Source: Bdellovibrionota bacterium FG-1 (lineage in GTDB: Bacteria; Bdellovibrionota; UBA1018). From it: 64,000 nt of DNA. The notes below the pieces were generated by a model. It had not been told where the DNA came from and ran no database searches. It was given only the letters and a program-made list of their open reading frames with translations. Made by a program: the position numbers and the translations under genes. Positions 10,316-19,638 of the stretch are shown here, piece by piece (within the stretch, counting starts at the first letter, position 1; each line of letters starts with the position of its first letter). The stretch covers positions 32,001-96,000 of the forward strand of contig JBBCAW010000021.1 of the NCBI GenBank assembly GCA_051382295.1, written 5' to 3'.

Positions 10316-12697
10316 ATGATAGGTCGTAAGGCAGAAACAGTTCTGAATCGCGCTGTTCGTTACGCGGTAGACCATGAACATGAGTATTTTACTCTTGAGC
10401 ATGTGTTGTGGAGCCTGCTGTCTGAATCTTCCGTCGTGGAGACGATCCGCGCCTGTGGGGGAGACTCCGCGCAGGTCCGTAAGGGATTGGAGATTTATCT
10501 GGAATCAGAAGTTCCTAAAGCTTCCAAGCCTACTCAGGAGGACGCTTTCACCGAGCACCCGGTAGCGACTTTAAGTATTCAGCGCCTCATTCAAAGAGCC
10601 CTTTTTCATGTGCAGTCAGCGGGTAAAGAAGAAATCCAACCGCTCGATCTTTTTGTAGCCTTGTTTCAATCCAAAGATTCACATGCGCTCCATCTGCTTG
10701 CGTTGCAGGGGGTTGAGCGTCTCGATGTTTTGAATTTTGTGAGTCACGGTGAGCCTAATGATTCTAACGATGCTAACGATGCTAAGGATTCTGAGGAACC
10801 GGAGCGGGACACGGATCATGGTTCGTCAGCCCAACCCAAATCAATCCCGCACGTCGCAGACGACCCGTTGGCTCTTTATACCACCAACCTGAATGAACGC
10901 GCAAAACAGGGTAAAATCGATCCCCTCGTGGGGCGACAAAACGAACTGGATCGGATGATCCAGACACTGTGTCGTCGTCGAAAAAACAATCCCTTGCTGG
11001 TGGGAGAGGCTGGAGTTGGAAAAACGGCCCTGGCCGAGGGACTGGCTGTTCGTGTGGTTGAAAAGCAGGTTCCAGACCTTCTCAAGGACGTCGTGGTGTT
11101 TGCCTTGGATATGGGGGCACTCTTGGCGGGTGCCAAATTTCGAGGCGATTTCGAGCAGCGGCTCAAAAAAGTTCTTCAAGCCCTCGAACGCACGCGGGAA
11201 AAAGGGCAAATGCCGGTCTTGCTCATTGATGAGATTCACACCATTATCGGAGCAGGCGCGGTCAGTGGTGGGGCTTTGGATGCCGCCAACCTTCTTAAAC
11301 CCCTTTTATCGCAGGGTGAAATCCGGTGCTTGGGCTCGACGACCTATACCGAATATCGCAATGTGTTTGAGAAGGATCATGCTTTGGCACGGCGATTCCA
11401 AAAAATCGATGTTTCCGAACCTTCGGTAGAAGAAGCGATTCAGATCGTAAATGGGCTTAAATCCCGCTTCGAGGCTCATCATGGGATTCGGTACTCCGGT
11501 GAGGCCGTCCGAGCCGCCGTCGAGCTGTCGTCCAAGCATCTGACCGAGCGATTCTTACCCGACAAAGCCATTGATGTGATCGATGAGGCTGGGGCCAAGG
11601 CTCGTCTGAGGCGTGGGACCACGGTGTCGGAGGTGCCCGAAATCATTGATCAGGCTTTTATTGAAGAAATTATCGCACAAATTGCCAGGATTCCCGCGCG
11701 TTCCGTCAGCACGGGGCAAAAAGAGCGGCTCAAAAATCTGGAACGAGATCTCAAGCTGAGTATCTTTGGGCAGGATCACGCCATTGATGCCTTGGTGGTT
11801 TCCATTCGTTTGGCCCGCTCGGGTTTGCGTTCGGGGGATCGTCCCGTGGGGTCATTTTTGTTTTGTGGCCCCACCGGGGTTGGAAAAACCGAACTTTCCA
11901 AGCAGCTCGGACATTGCATGGGCGTTCCGTTTTTACGTTTTGATATGAGTGAATATGGCGAAAAGCATACTGTTTCTCGCTTGATTGGGGCGCCTCCCGG
12001 TTATGTCGGCTTTGAACAACCGGGGCTTTTGACGGATGCAATTTTAAAGCATCCCCACTCGGTGGTTTTGTTGGATGAGGTCGAAAAAGCACATCCGGAT
12101 ATTTGGAATATTTTACTTCAAGTGATGGATCATGGGGTTTTAACCGATAACAACGGCCGCAAGGCTGATTTTAGGAACGCTGTCTTGATCATGACCTCCA
12201 ACGTGGGGTCGCGCGAGGTGGAGCGGCATTCGCTCGGTCTCATGCCTGGCGATGCGACGCAGTCCAATGCTCAAAAGGCTGTTGAACAGACGTTTAGTCC
12301 TGAATTTCGTAATCGTTTAGACGCGATTGTGTATTTCCATACTTTGGATCCCCTGACAGTGGGGCAGGTGGTGGGTAAGCAATTGGTTGAATTGGAGAGT
12401 CAGCTTTTGGCCAAAGGGGTGGAAATTGATGTCGCCCCTGAGGCTCGGGAATGGTTGGCTCAAAAGGGGTACGATCGGCGCATGGGCGCTCGTCCCATGA
12501 ATCGTTTGATCCAGGATCGAATCAAAAAACCTTTGGCTGAAGAGATTCTTTTTGGCCGTCTTGAGCAGGGCGGTGAGGTCGAGGTTCATGTTCGGGATGG
12601 CGAGCTTGTTTTTGATATTAAGCCCAAGGATCGGCGGGATTCAGGCGATAATGCTCATGAGTCCGCTGTAATCGGGCAAGAAAATCATCACGGCTAA
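10316..12697 (+). CDS. clpA: ATP-dependent Clp protease ATP-binding subunit ClpA
   Basis: Clp N-domain (HEYFTLEH), two AAA+ modules (GEAGVGKT, GPTGVGKT), RFDMSEY, no ClpB middle domain; follows clpS. Confidence 0.96.
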   Translation: MIGRKAETVLNRAVRYAVDHEHEYFTLEHVLWSLLSESSVVETIRACGGDSAQVRKGLEIYLESEVPKASKPTQEDAFTEHPVATLSIQRLIQRALFHVQSAGKEEIQPLDLFVALFQSKDSHALHLLALQGVERLDVLNFVSHGEPNDSNDANDAKDSEEPERDTDHGSSAQPKSIPHVADDPLALYTTNLNERAKQGKIDPLVGRQNELDRMIQTLCRRRKNNPLLVGEAGVGKTALAEGLAVRVVEKQVPDLLKDVVVFALDMGALLAGAKFRGDFEQRLKKVLQALERTREKGQMPVLLIDEIHTIIGAGAVSGGALDAANLLKPLLSQGEIRCLGSTTYTEYRNVFEKDHALARRFQKIDVSEPSVEEAIQIVNGLKSRFEAHHGIRYSGEAVRAAVELSSKHLTERFLPDKAIDVIDEAGAKARLRRGTTVSEVPEIIDQAFIEEIIAQIARIPARSVSTGQKERLKNLERDLKLSIFGQDHAIDALVVSIRLARSGLRSGDRPVGSFLFCGPTGVGKTELSKQLGHCMGVPFLRFDMSEYGEKHTVSRLIGAPPGYVGFEQPGLLTDAILKHPHSVVLLDEVEKAHPDIWNILLQVMDHGVLTDNNGRKADFRNAVLIMTSNVGSREVERHSLGLMPGDATQSNAQKAVEQTFSPEFRNRLDAIVYFHTLDPLTVGQVVGKQLVELESQLLAKGVEIDVAPEAREWLAQKGYDRRMGARPMNRLIQDRIKKPLAEEILFGRLEQGGEVEVHVRDGELVFDIKPKDRRDSGDNAHESAVIGQENHHG

Positions 12698-13289
12698 TCG
12701 CTTTGGCTCCCAGGCTCTTCATATGGGGAGTCAGCATTTGAATGTCGATCCACTGGACTCCATGGGCCTGGAGATGGTCGATGAGGGTGATGAGCGCTAG
12801 TTTTGAGGCGTTGGGTTCAGTGTGAAACATGCTTTCGCCCGCAAACACCCCCTGTACCCAAACTCCGTAAAGGCCCCCGACGAGTTGATCCAACGTCGAA
12901 TCCCAGGCTTCGACGCTATGGGCATGGCCAGCCCGGTGGAGGGCTAGATAGGCGCTTTGGATCTCAGGGGTAATCCAGGTGCCAGGTTGATCGGGGCGGG
13001 GTACGGCTGAGCAGGCTTGGAGCACGTTTGCGAAGGCTTTGTTGAAGGTGAAACGATAAGGGGATTTGTTCTTAAAAGTCCGCAAACTTCGGGGAATATG
13101 GAGGTCTTTGAATTCTAAAATCCCCCTTTCGGCAGGCGAAAACCAAGTCATTTCGGGGAATCCCTCAATCGGCCAAGGGAAGATGCCTTGGAGGTAGGCT
13201 TGGACCAAGGTCTCCACCTCCAGATTGGCGCCAAGGGCAACGAGTCCCTCCGGGCCGGCTTTTCTAGGATCAGGAAAGTGGATGGGCAT
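12618..13289 (-). CDS. aat: Leucyl/phenylalanyl-tRNA--protein transferase
   Basis: Motifs AYLQGIFPW, TWIT, AHSVEAW, LVGGLYG, FAGESMF and NASKLAL. Confidence 0.96.
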   Translation of the reverse strand: MPIHFPDPRKAGPEGLVALGANLEVETLVQAYLQGIFPWPIEGFPEMTWFSPAERGILEFKDLHIPRSLRTFKNKSPYRFTFNKAFANVLQACSAVPRPDQPGTWITPEIQSAYLALHRAGHAHSVEAWDSTLDQLVGGLYGVWVQGVFAGESMFHTEPNASKLALITLIDHLQAHGVQWIDIQMLTPHMKSLGAKAISRDDFLARLQRTHEHYRLNPADPWA

Positions 13290-13346
13290 CTTAAATCCTT
13301 TCACGTTTTAGGCAAGTTATGGTAGGCGTGACGGCAAGGAGAATTT

Positions 13347-13559
13347 ATGGCAACCGCCCAAACAAACGCACAAGCCCCAACCACTGAGATAGCCAAAAAG
13401 CGCGCTTTGCGTCGTCAAAAAAAGACCGCTGGCCGAAAAAAGCTAACCGCTAAGTTAAAGACCAATAAAGAATTTGCTAAGACCTATTTTGAGGGCCGTT
13501 CTAAGCGCGCCAACGAAAAAAAGGTCGCTTTTCGAAAGAAAAAGAGCCGTAAGAAGTAA
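13347..13559 (+). CDS. Small highly basic hypothetical protein
   Basis: Strong RBS AAGGAG, 70 aa with 26 K/R, followed by an intrinsic terminator. Confidence 0.8.
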   Translation: MATAQTNAQAPTTEIAKKRALRRQKKTAGRKKLTAKLKTNKEFAKTYFEGRSKRANEKKVAFRKKKSRKK

Positions 13560-13594
13560 TTAGATTCTTTTTGACTCCTTTTTGACTTGAGGGG

Positions 13595-13627
13595 GCCGTA
13601 CACTTTATTTTGAGTGTACGGCTTTTT
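13595..13627 (+). terminator. Rho-independent terminator
   Basis: Stem GCCGTACACT/AGTGTACGGC (10 bp) followed by TTTTT. Confidence 0.8.
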
Positions 13628-13644
13628 CTATTTTGGGAGGTTAA

Positions 13645-14154
13645 ATGTTCGAACTGCTTCAAGGACGTGTTCTCAGTTCAATTCCCACCACCTTCAAAGA
13701 AACGATCTTACTTCGTACTTTTGGAATTCTAAAGATTCCCATGCTTTTTTTTATTTCACCTTCCGTGTTGGAGGTGTCTGACGAGCGGTGCGTGGTCAAG
13801 ATCCCTTTGACCCGGCGTTCGCGCAACCATCTCAATTCCATGTATTTTGGAGCCCTTGCCGCCGGCGCTGATTGCGCGGGCGGGCTGATTGCGATGCGGA
13901 CGATTCAAACGGAAGGGGACGGCAAAGTCTCCCTCATTTTCAAAGACTTTCATGCGGACTTTCTCAAGAGGGCCGAAGGCGATGTGCATTTTACCTGTAT
14001 TCAAGGCCAGGAGATCCGGGCTTTAGTGAGGAAAGCCATTGAATCTGGCGAGCGCGAAAACCTCGCGGTTCATGTCGTGGCGACCGTGCCTTCGAAGATG
14101 GGGCAGGAGCCCGTGGCGAGGTTTGTGCTGACGTTGTCGCTCAAGAGGCGGTAG
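13645..14154 (+). CDS. Hotdog-fold thioesterase-like protein (PaaI/DUF4442-like)
   Basis: Motifs RSRNHLNSMYFGALAAGAD and DFLKRAEGDVHF; RBS GGAGG. Confidence 0.8.
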   Translation: MFELLQGRVLSSIPTTFKETILLRTFGILKIPMLFFISPSVLEVSDERCVVKIPLTRRSRNHLNSMYFGALAAGADCAGGLIAMRTIQTEGDGKVSLIFKDFHADFLKRAEGDVHFTCIQGQEIRALVRKAIESGERENLAVHVVATVPSKMGQEPVARFVLTLSLKRR

Positions 14155-14703
14155 GGGGGCATGGCGTGGGAAATGGGGAGCAGTTGGGCGGATGAGGAGT
14201 GTCACAAAGGGGCGAATTGGGACTGATAAGCTGAGGTTTTCAGCTAGAAGGAAGGATGCGCGCTTTACTTGCAGACAGAACCGCAAAGAAACTGACCATA
14301 TTCCGACGTAGCTCCAGCACAAGTCTTACATGACCATCGATAGCCTGCTGCAATTAATGCGATTGGCATCACTATGAATGGCGACGCAATCATCCAGTTA
14401 TTGGCTGTGTTGGCGACGCTCCATCCAATGCCATACCGTCCACTTCTGTGCTCGGCTTTAATATATTCATCTAAACTCAGGTCGCTAAATAGCTAGTATA
14501 AGCAGGATAAATCCGGGTGTCCGTTAAAAAATCGTGCAGGGTCACCCGTTTGACAAATCGGTCGTGGCTAAGCTCGTTTTTACTAGGGTCTGACGAAGCC
14601 GGGGCCACACCCGCGAAGGTGCGCGGAACCCGAGTTCACTCAATTGTATCCTTGTGTCAATTGTGATAAGAAGAAATAAGAATATTTAAGAAGGGAGATT
14701 CTT

Positions 14704-14934
14704 ATGCCAGCTAAAGCCATTAAAACAGTCACTATTTCGTTGCCGGTCGCAATGGGCAAGGAAATTGAAAAGGTCGCAAAAGAAGAACACAGGACTGTGA
14801 GCGAACTACTCAGGGAAGCCTTTCGCCAATATCAGTCCCAGCGGAATCTCCGCGCCTTGGCGCAGGAAGGCTGTAAGGTCGTCAAACGGAAGAAGCTGAC
14901 CCCGAAGGACTTAGGCGGTCCCTTTCAGGACTAA
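14704..14934 (+). CDS. CopG/RHH family antitoxin
   Basis: KTVTISLP...IEKVAKEEHRTVSELLREAFRQY; upstream of a PIN-domain gene. Confidence 0.85.
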   Translation: MPAKAIKTVTISLPVAMGKEIEKVAKEEHRTVSELLREAFRQYQSQRNLRALAQEGCKVVKRKKLTPKDLGGPFQD

Positions 14935-14937
14935 TTC

Positions 14938-15183
14938 ATGAACAAGCTGACGGTTTGCCTGGATGCAAACAGTTACATTTCCGGAATCGGATTTGGTGGA
15001 AAGCCGCTGCAAATCCTTGAGCGAGCTTTGAACCGGGATTTTGTGACCGTAACCAGTCCACAAATATTGGATGAGGTTCGGAGAAACCTACTCGGCAAGC
15101 TGGCGCGAAATAAAAAGCGGGTCGATAGATTTCTTGAAGATATGACCGAAGTCTCATCGTTTTTTGGAGCGACTGAGCGGTAA
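14938..15183 (+). pseudogene. Truncated PIN-domain (VapC-like) toxin
   Basis: N-terminal PIN motifs VCLDANSYIS and TSPQILDEV are present, but the ORF stops at 81 aa. I did not see the C-terminal D-x-x-D/TGD motifs downstream. Confidence 0.65.
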
Positions 15184-15370
15184 AATTTGATCGCCAGAAG
15201 GGGGTATCCCCTTAGCCACTCAGCCGTATTCAGGAAAACCCCCCGTTGAGCAATGAGACCTCGGCGGATTATCGCTTTTTGATTGCCGATCTGGACGAAC
15301 ACACTGCAACAATTTCGAAAGGGATTTGGAGATCTTCTGTAAATTGAGATGATCTTCGGTCAGGGGGTGG

Positions 15371-15751
15371 CTATTTGCCCTTCTTAGATGGCGCAGGTAC
15401 CGTCGGTGACTCAACTCCAGAAACAGTTCCTTTGTTGTAAATCATAAATCTGCAGAGATATTCCTGTGGCAAGTTCTCAAGCTTTGGAAAATGGAGGCAA
15501 AAGATGTGTGAGCCGACCTTTAGGATCGCTCCGGGATAATCCGTACGCTTTTCTTCTTTAATAGCAAGAGAACGATAAGTTATTTTTGCTGGTGCCCCCT
15601 TCAAGGATATCATCACGGGTCCGGCAACTTCCTTAGATCCCATATCGATCAGGTCACCAGCGAGAGGGACTATGGCTTGGTCCTCAGCGGCGGCAGGAGA
15701 ATTAATCATGAGGGCCATCAAAAGTACCTTCACAATTTTGAGAAGAGTCAT
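15371..15751 (-). CDS. Hypothetical secreted protein
   Basis: Signal peptide ending AAA; extended -10 (TGaTAGAAT) 6 nt upstream of the ATG. Confidence 0.7.
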   Translation of the reverse strand: MTLLKIVKVLLMALMINSPAAAEDQAIVPLAGDLIDMGSKEVAGPVMISLKGAPAKITYRSLAIKEEKRTDYPGAILKVGSHIFCLHFPKLENLPQEYLCRFMIYNKGTVSGVESPTVPAPSKKGK

Positions 15752-15886
15752 TGATGAATTCTATCAGGTCAAATTCATTGTCAGTCAAGCAGGAATTATC
15801 GGTGTGGGATGTCGGGGTCGGGCTTTCTAAGCCTCTGTGTCAAAAGTGAGTCTTCTTGTGTTCAGCATCCCGGACGTTTAGAATAA

Positions 15887-16405
15887 ATGCAAATCATGCT
15901 GAATCCAAAAATGCAGCGTTTACTCCTCATGATAGCTGGGCTAGCTTTGCTTTTGAGCACTAGTCATCGGGTTAGTCACCAGGCCAAGCTTTACATCTAT
16001 ATTGGTTGTGTGATCGTGGCATTGCTGATCCACATCATTCAGTCTCAAACAAGCTCTGTCCGCCCCCTAAGAAAAGAAGACTATCCAGAGTTCCAGAGAT
16101 TGGGCGAGGACGCCTTTGTCTCTCGTTTTCGGGAACAGAGGCAAAGATACTGGTTGCCACCCCTCGCTGCCATCGTCGGAGGTATCACACTCCTTTATGT
16201 GAAACAGAGTCAGCCGCACCTCTTTGGCCATCCCGAATATGTATTTCTCGGCGCTTTACTTATGGTTGTGACCGGAGGATGGCTGGGATTGCTCGCGAAC
16301 CGATGCCCCCTGTGTAAAGAGTTGCCTCCGAAATTTGCCAGCGGTTCGTATTACTTTGGATCGGGACCACCCAACTGCTTCCGTTGCGGCGTGAGACTTA
16401 ACTGA
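15887..16405 (+). CDS. Hypothetical membrane protein with a C-terminal zinc-ribbon-like CxxC...CxxC
   Basis: About 4 hydrophobic segments; CPLC...CFRC at the C-terminus. Confidence 0.65.
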   Translation: MQIMLNPKMQRLLLMIAGLALLLSTSHRVSHQAKLYIYIGCVIVALLIHIIQSQTSSVRPLRKEDYPEFQRLGEDAFVSRFREQRQRYWLPPLAAIVGGITLLYVKQSQPHLFGHPEYVFLGALLMVVTGGWLGLLANRCPLCKELPPKFASGSYYFGSGPPNCFRCGVRLN

Positions 16406-16759
16406 AGTAGGGGTTATATCGATAGACGCATGGCAATAGGTCGGTGTACGGAACATCCCTTGCTGATCCGTTGTCATGACTTAAATTGAAATGGAAGTAG
16501 GGAGTCGCGATGCTTTCGACAGTTCTAATCCTCTTGATTAGGACCGCAGTCGTCTTTGTATCGCGAGGGAATTAAATCGCCTATCGACGCAAACATTTGG
16601 ACACAAAAGCTTGATAAGAATGTTGCGCCTATTGCGCCGCAACCAACTCCTTTAGTCTAGTAAACTTCCTCATCTATTCCATTTTGCGGGTGCGCTCAAT
16701 CTAACCTCGTTTTTGCTGCTCTTCCAATCGAATACACTCCGGGTGTTTGTGTTCTGCTT

Positions 16760-16806
16760 AAAATACTAGGTTGACCTAGCAAAAATACCAGGTTAACCTA
16801 GTATTT
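16760..16806 (+). promoter_or_regulatory. Tandem palindromic repeats overlapping a promoter
   Basis: AAAATACTAGGTTGACCTAG (16760) and AAAATACCAGGTTAACCTAG (16782), 22-bp period. They contain TTGACC-17bp-TAACCT. Confidence 0.6.
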
Positions 16807-17958
16807 GTGAGAAAGTTTATAAATCTTAGTTTTATTCAGCAGTTAGAGCATAACATAAAACTCAATACCGGTCTATTGCAGGTGATTATTGGACCCCGGC
16901 AGGTCGGGAAAACCACGACCATTCTTGAATATCTAGAGCACCAGCATGCCGGCCGTTTTCATTATGTCAGTGCGGATGCGGTTTTCCATGCCTCGCACGA
17001 TTGGCTTGCTGAGCAGTGGCAGATTGCCTTTCAACAGCGAAAGCTCTTGGTGGTTGATGAAATCCAAAAATGTGAAAATTGGTCCGAAACGATCAAGACC
17101 CTTTGGGATCAGTTTAAAAGAGAAAAGAAAACGCTGACGTGCATTTTGTTGGGATCGAGTTCTTTGCAAATTCAAAAGGGTTTGACTGAAAGTTTGACCG
17201 GTCGTTTTCAGTTGATCAAAGTTTTTCATTGGAACGCCTGTGAGTCCAAGCGGGGATATGGGCTCTCTTTTGAGGACTATCTTCGTTACGGCGGATACCC
17301 TGGGTCCTATCCATTGATAAAGACCAACGATTGGACCGGTTTTGTTAAGCAGTCCATTATTTCCACGGTCATTGAAAAAGACATTCTTCAATACCAAAAT
17401 GTCAAAAGCCCCGCGCTTTTTAAACAGGCTTTTGAAATCCTGATTTCGTATCCAGCTCAAGAAATCAGTTACACGAAGCTCTTGGGACAAATTCAGGACA
17501 AAGGAAATACGGATCTCATCAAATATTATATTTCTTTGTATGAGGGGGCATTTTTAATTAAGGCCCTCGAAAAATTTTCAGAGAAAACGATCAAGGTAAA
17601 ATCTTCTTCACCTAAGATTCTGCCACTAGCCCCTTGCCTTTATTACTTATCCGTTCTTGATCAATACGATGGCACTGAGCGAGGACGGGCTTTTGAATTG
17701 GCCGTGGGAGCGCAGTTGGTTCGCGCGGACGGCGATTTGTATTATTGGCGAGAAGGCGATTTTGAAGTCGACTTTGTTTTGAAAGTCGGGCGGAATATTT
17801 ACGCGATCGAAGTTAAAAGTGGGCGAAAAAAGAAAAAAAGCGGTCTCCTCCAATTTAAGGAAAAATACCCACGCGCAAAAATGATTTTTATCACCCCAGA
17901 AAACTACGAGCTTTTTGAAAGCGATCCGATGGTTTTTTTGGTCAAAATGTCGGGGTAA
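16807..17958 (+). CDS. AAA_14 ATPase with a C-terminal DUF4143 (PD-(D/E)xK-like) domain
   Basis: Motifs GPRQVGKTT, VVDEIQ, LGSS, ESLTGRF, YGGYPG and YYWRE...EVDFV...AIEVKSG. Confidence 0.92.
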   Translation: MRKFINLSFIQQLEHNIKLNTGLLQVIIGPRQVGKTTTILEYLEHQHAGRFHYVSADAVFHASHDWLAEQWQIAFQQRKLLVVDEIQKCENWSETIKTLWDQFKREKKTLTCILLGSSSLQIQKGLTESLTGRFQLIKVFHWNACESKRGYGLSFEDYLRYGGYPGSYPLIKTNDWTGFVKQSIISTVIEKDILQYQNVKSPALFKQAFEILISYPAQEISYTKLLGQIQDKGNTDLIKYYISLYEGAFLIKALEKFSEKTIKVKSSSPKILPLAPCLYYLSVLDQYDGTERGRAFELAVGAQLVRADGDLYYWREGDFEVDFVLKVGRNIYAIEVKSGRKKKKSGLLQFKEKYPRAKMIFITPENYELFESDPMVFLVKMSG

Positions 17959-18008
17959 TTACAAAAGCAGCGCCATCAAAAGTTCATCCAGATAGCGCCC
18001 ATCTTCGG

Positions 18009-18110
18009 TCGTGGCGCTGGCCTCGTACCGAACCCGGTCTACTGCCGCGCGGAGGCAGTTCGTGGCGCTGACCTCGCACCGAGTCCGGTTTACTGCCGCG
18101 TGGAGGCAGT
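18009..18110. repeat. Two tandem 51-bp GC-rich repeats, each with an internal hairpin (REP-like)
   Basis: TCGTGGCGCTG.CCTCG.ACCGA..CCGGT.TACTGCCGCG.GGAGGCAGT at 18009 and 18060; hairpin ACTGCC-7nt-GGCAGT in each unit. Confidence 0.85.
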
Positions 18111-18222
18111 ACGCGGCGTCGGCCCCCTATTTTTTAAATAAAACACAATAAAAACAATAACTTGTAATGGCTGACAATATCTGTTGCGATGCGTCATTTT
18201 CTGGGATACGAAATCCTTTCAT

Positions 18223-19638
18223 ATGTTGAGAGTTTCGGCACAAATCACCATCATCGCCTGGGCCTTGTTGTCCTATGCAACCCACGACGCCCAAGCCAAT
18301 CTAGAATCTCGATTGCCTGAGCAATCCTCCATCGGCTTGGACTCCGTAGGTTATTTTCATGTCTCTCAAGAAGCTTCAGAGGGGTTTCGCAATCAAATGG
18401 CGCCTCAATTGGTGGGCAAGCTCAATTCGCATTATTTGGGCCCGGTGGTTGAAGCGGGGGCCCAGACGGATTTGATGTTGATGTTTACGCGCGCGACCGA
18501 TGGTTCTCTGAAACCGTCGCCCTATCTTGAATTACCCGAATTGTATTTTGGAACTTCAAAGGAACTTTTTCCGCTTAATCTCCAATTGGGACGCAAACTC
18601 GAACACTTCAGTCACCTCGACGAAGAGTGGCAACTGGGGCTTTGGCAACCCCGATTTCGGTGGGACTATCTGCATCCCGAAACCGTGGGGCTGACGGGTG
18701 CGTTTTTGAATCTCGATACTCCTTATTTTCGAGTGGTCGTCTCGGGGTCTCCCTTCTTTATTCCTGAACGAGGGGTACCCATCGAAACCAAGCAAGGCGT
18801 GTTTGCTTCAAATTCTCGTTGGTTCATTCCGCCGCCCGCGACCATTCCGATTTTTGGACAAGATACGCCGGTTCGTTACTCTTTGGTGATGCCGGAACTT
18901 GGCGACTTAGTCGCCCATCCCGGAGCCAGCATCATGGCTCGGGTTGGGGCCGAAAGCGGTCCTTGGGGTTTGGTGGGGTACGCATACAAGCCGGTCAATC
19001 AGTTGCTTTTAGCGGCGGATGGGGTGCTCCAGTTATCCGATCGTCAACCGATTTATGTGGATGCGCAGATCTATCCACGAGTCGTGTATCACCATTTGAC
19101 TTCGGCCGAAGCTGGTTACTCAGGCGAGAGGATGAATACCTGGTTTTCCGTGCTCGGAGAACGCCCTGAGATGGATACCACGCCCGCTCAGTGGACGACT
19201 CAGCAAATTGTGCCGTCGCTCGCGATGAGTGCGGCCTTTGATCTGCGTATCATGGGGAGTATCGAGTCTCCCACCTCGATCGGTCTGAGTTATCTGCGGC
19301 AATGGGGTGGCAATGCGGGAGATGAGGGGCCTGAAGCCACTGGGGGATCGGCATCGAGTTTTGAGGCGCGCTACCCGTATCAAAGTGCGGTGAGTTTAGG
19401 TCTTAAATCCCGGCTCTTTTCAAGTTTTTCTGGTTCTTCCCGTGTGCTTTACGATTTTGGTCATGAGGGTACGGTCTGGTCGACAGAATTGCGTTATCGT
19501 CCTCATCAAAATTGGATGTTGGGGGCCGGGGCAGATCTTTTAGCCGCGCCGAGTGGTGAGGATTTGGATGGCAGTGATCTTTTGAGCCGGTACCGGGCAA
19601 ATGATCGAGTTCATGCCGGGGTGACCTATGTTTTTTAG
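18223..19638 (+). CDS. Hypothetical outer-membrane beta-barrel protein
   Basis: Signal peptide, alternating beta-strand pattern, C-terminal ...HAGVTYVF (BAM signal-like). Confidence 0.7.
   Translation: MLRVSAQITIIAWALLSYATHDAQANLESRLPEQSSIGLDSVGYFHVSQEASEGFRNQMAPQLVGKLNSHYLGPVVEAGAQTDLMLMFTRATDGSLKPSPYLELPELYFGTSKELFPLNLQLGRKLEHFSHLDEEWQLGLWQPRFRWDYLHPETVGLTGAFLNLDTPYFRVVVSGSPFFIPERGVPIETKQGVFASNSRWFIPPPATIPIFGQDTPVRYSLVMPELGDLVAHPGASIMARVGAESGPWGLVGYAYKPVNQLLLAADGVLQLSDRQPIYVDAQIYPRVVYHHLTSAEAGYSGERMNTWFSVLGERPEMDTTPAQWTTQQIVPSLAMSAAFDLRIMGSIESPTSIGLSYLRQWGGNAGDEGPEATGGSASSFEARYPYQSAVSLGLKSRLFSSFSGSSRVLYDFGHEGTVWSTELRYRPHQNWMLGAGADLLAAPSGEDLDGSDLLSRYRANDRVHAGVTYVF

Noticed and set aside
9845..10402. 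185-aa minus-strand ORF
   Set aside because: Antisense shadow of clpS and the clpA start.
10757..10792. 9-bp tandem repeat in clpA (NDSNDANDAKDS)
   Set aside because: In-frame low-complexity linker between the N-domain and AAA1; unremarkable.
14586..14635. Hammerhead-ribozyme-like CTGACGA...GAA segment upstream of the RHH-PIN pair
   Set aside because: It lacks the GAAA core, stem III and the NUH cleavage triplet in the right arrangement.
18009..18110. Possible CRISPR array
   Set aside because: Only two contiguous units with no unique spacers, and no cas genes in the window.
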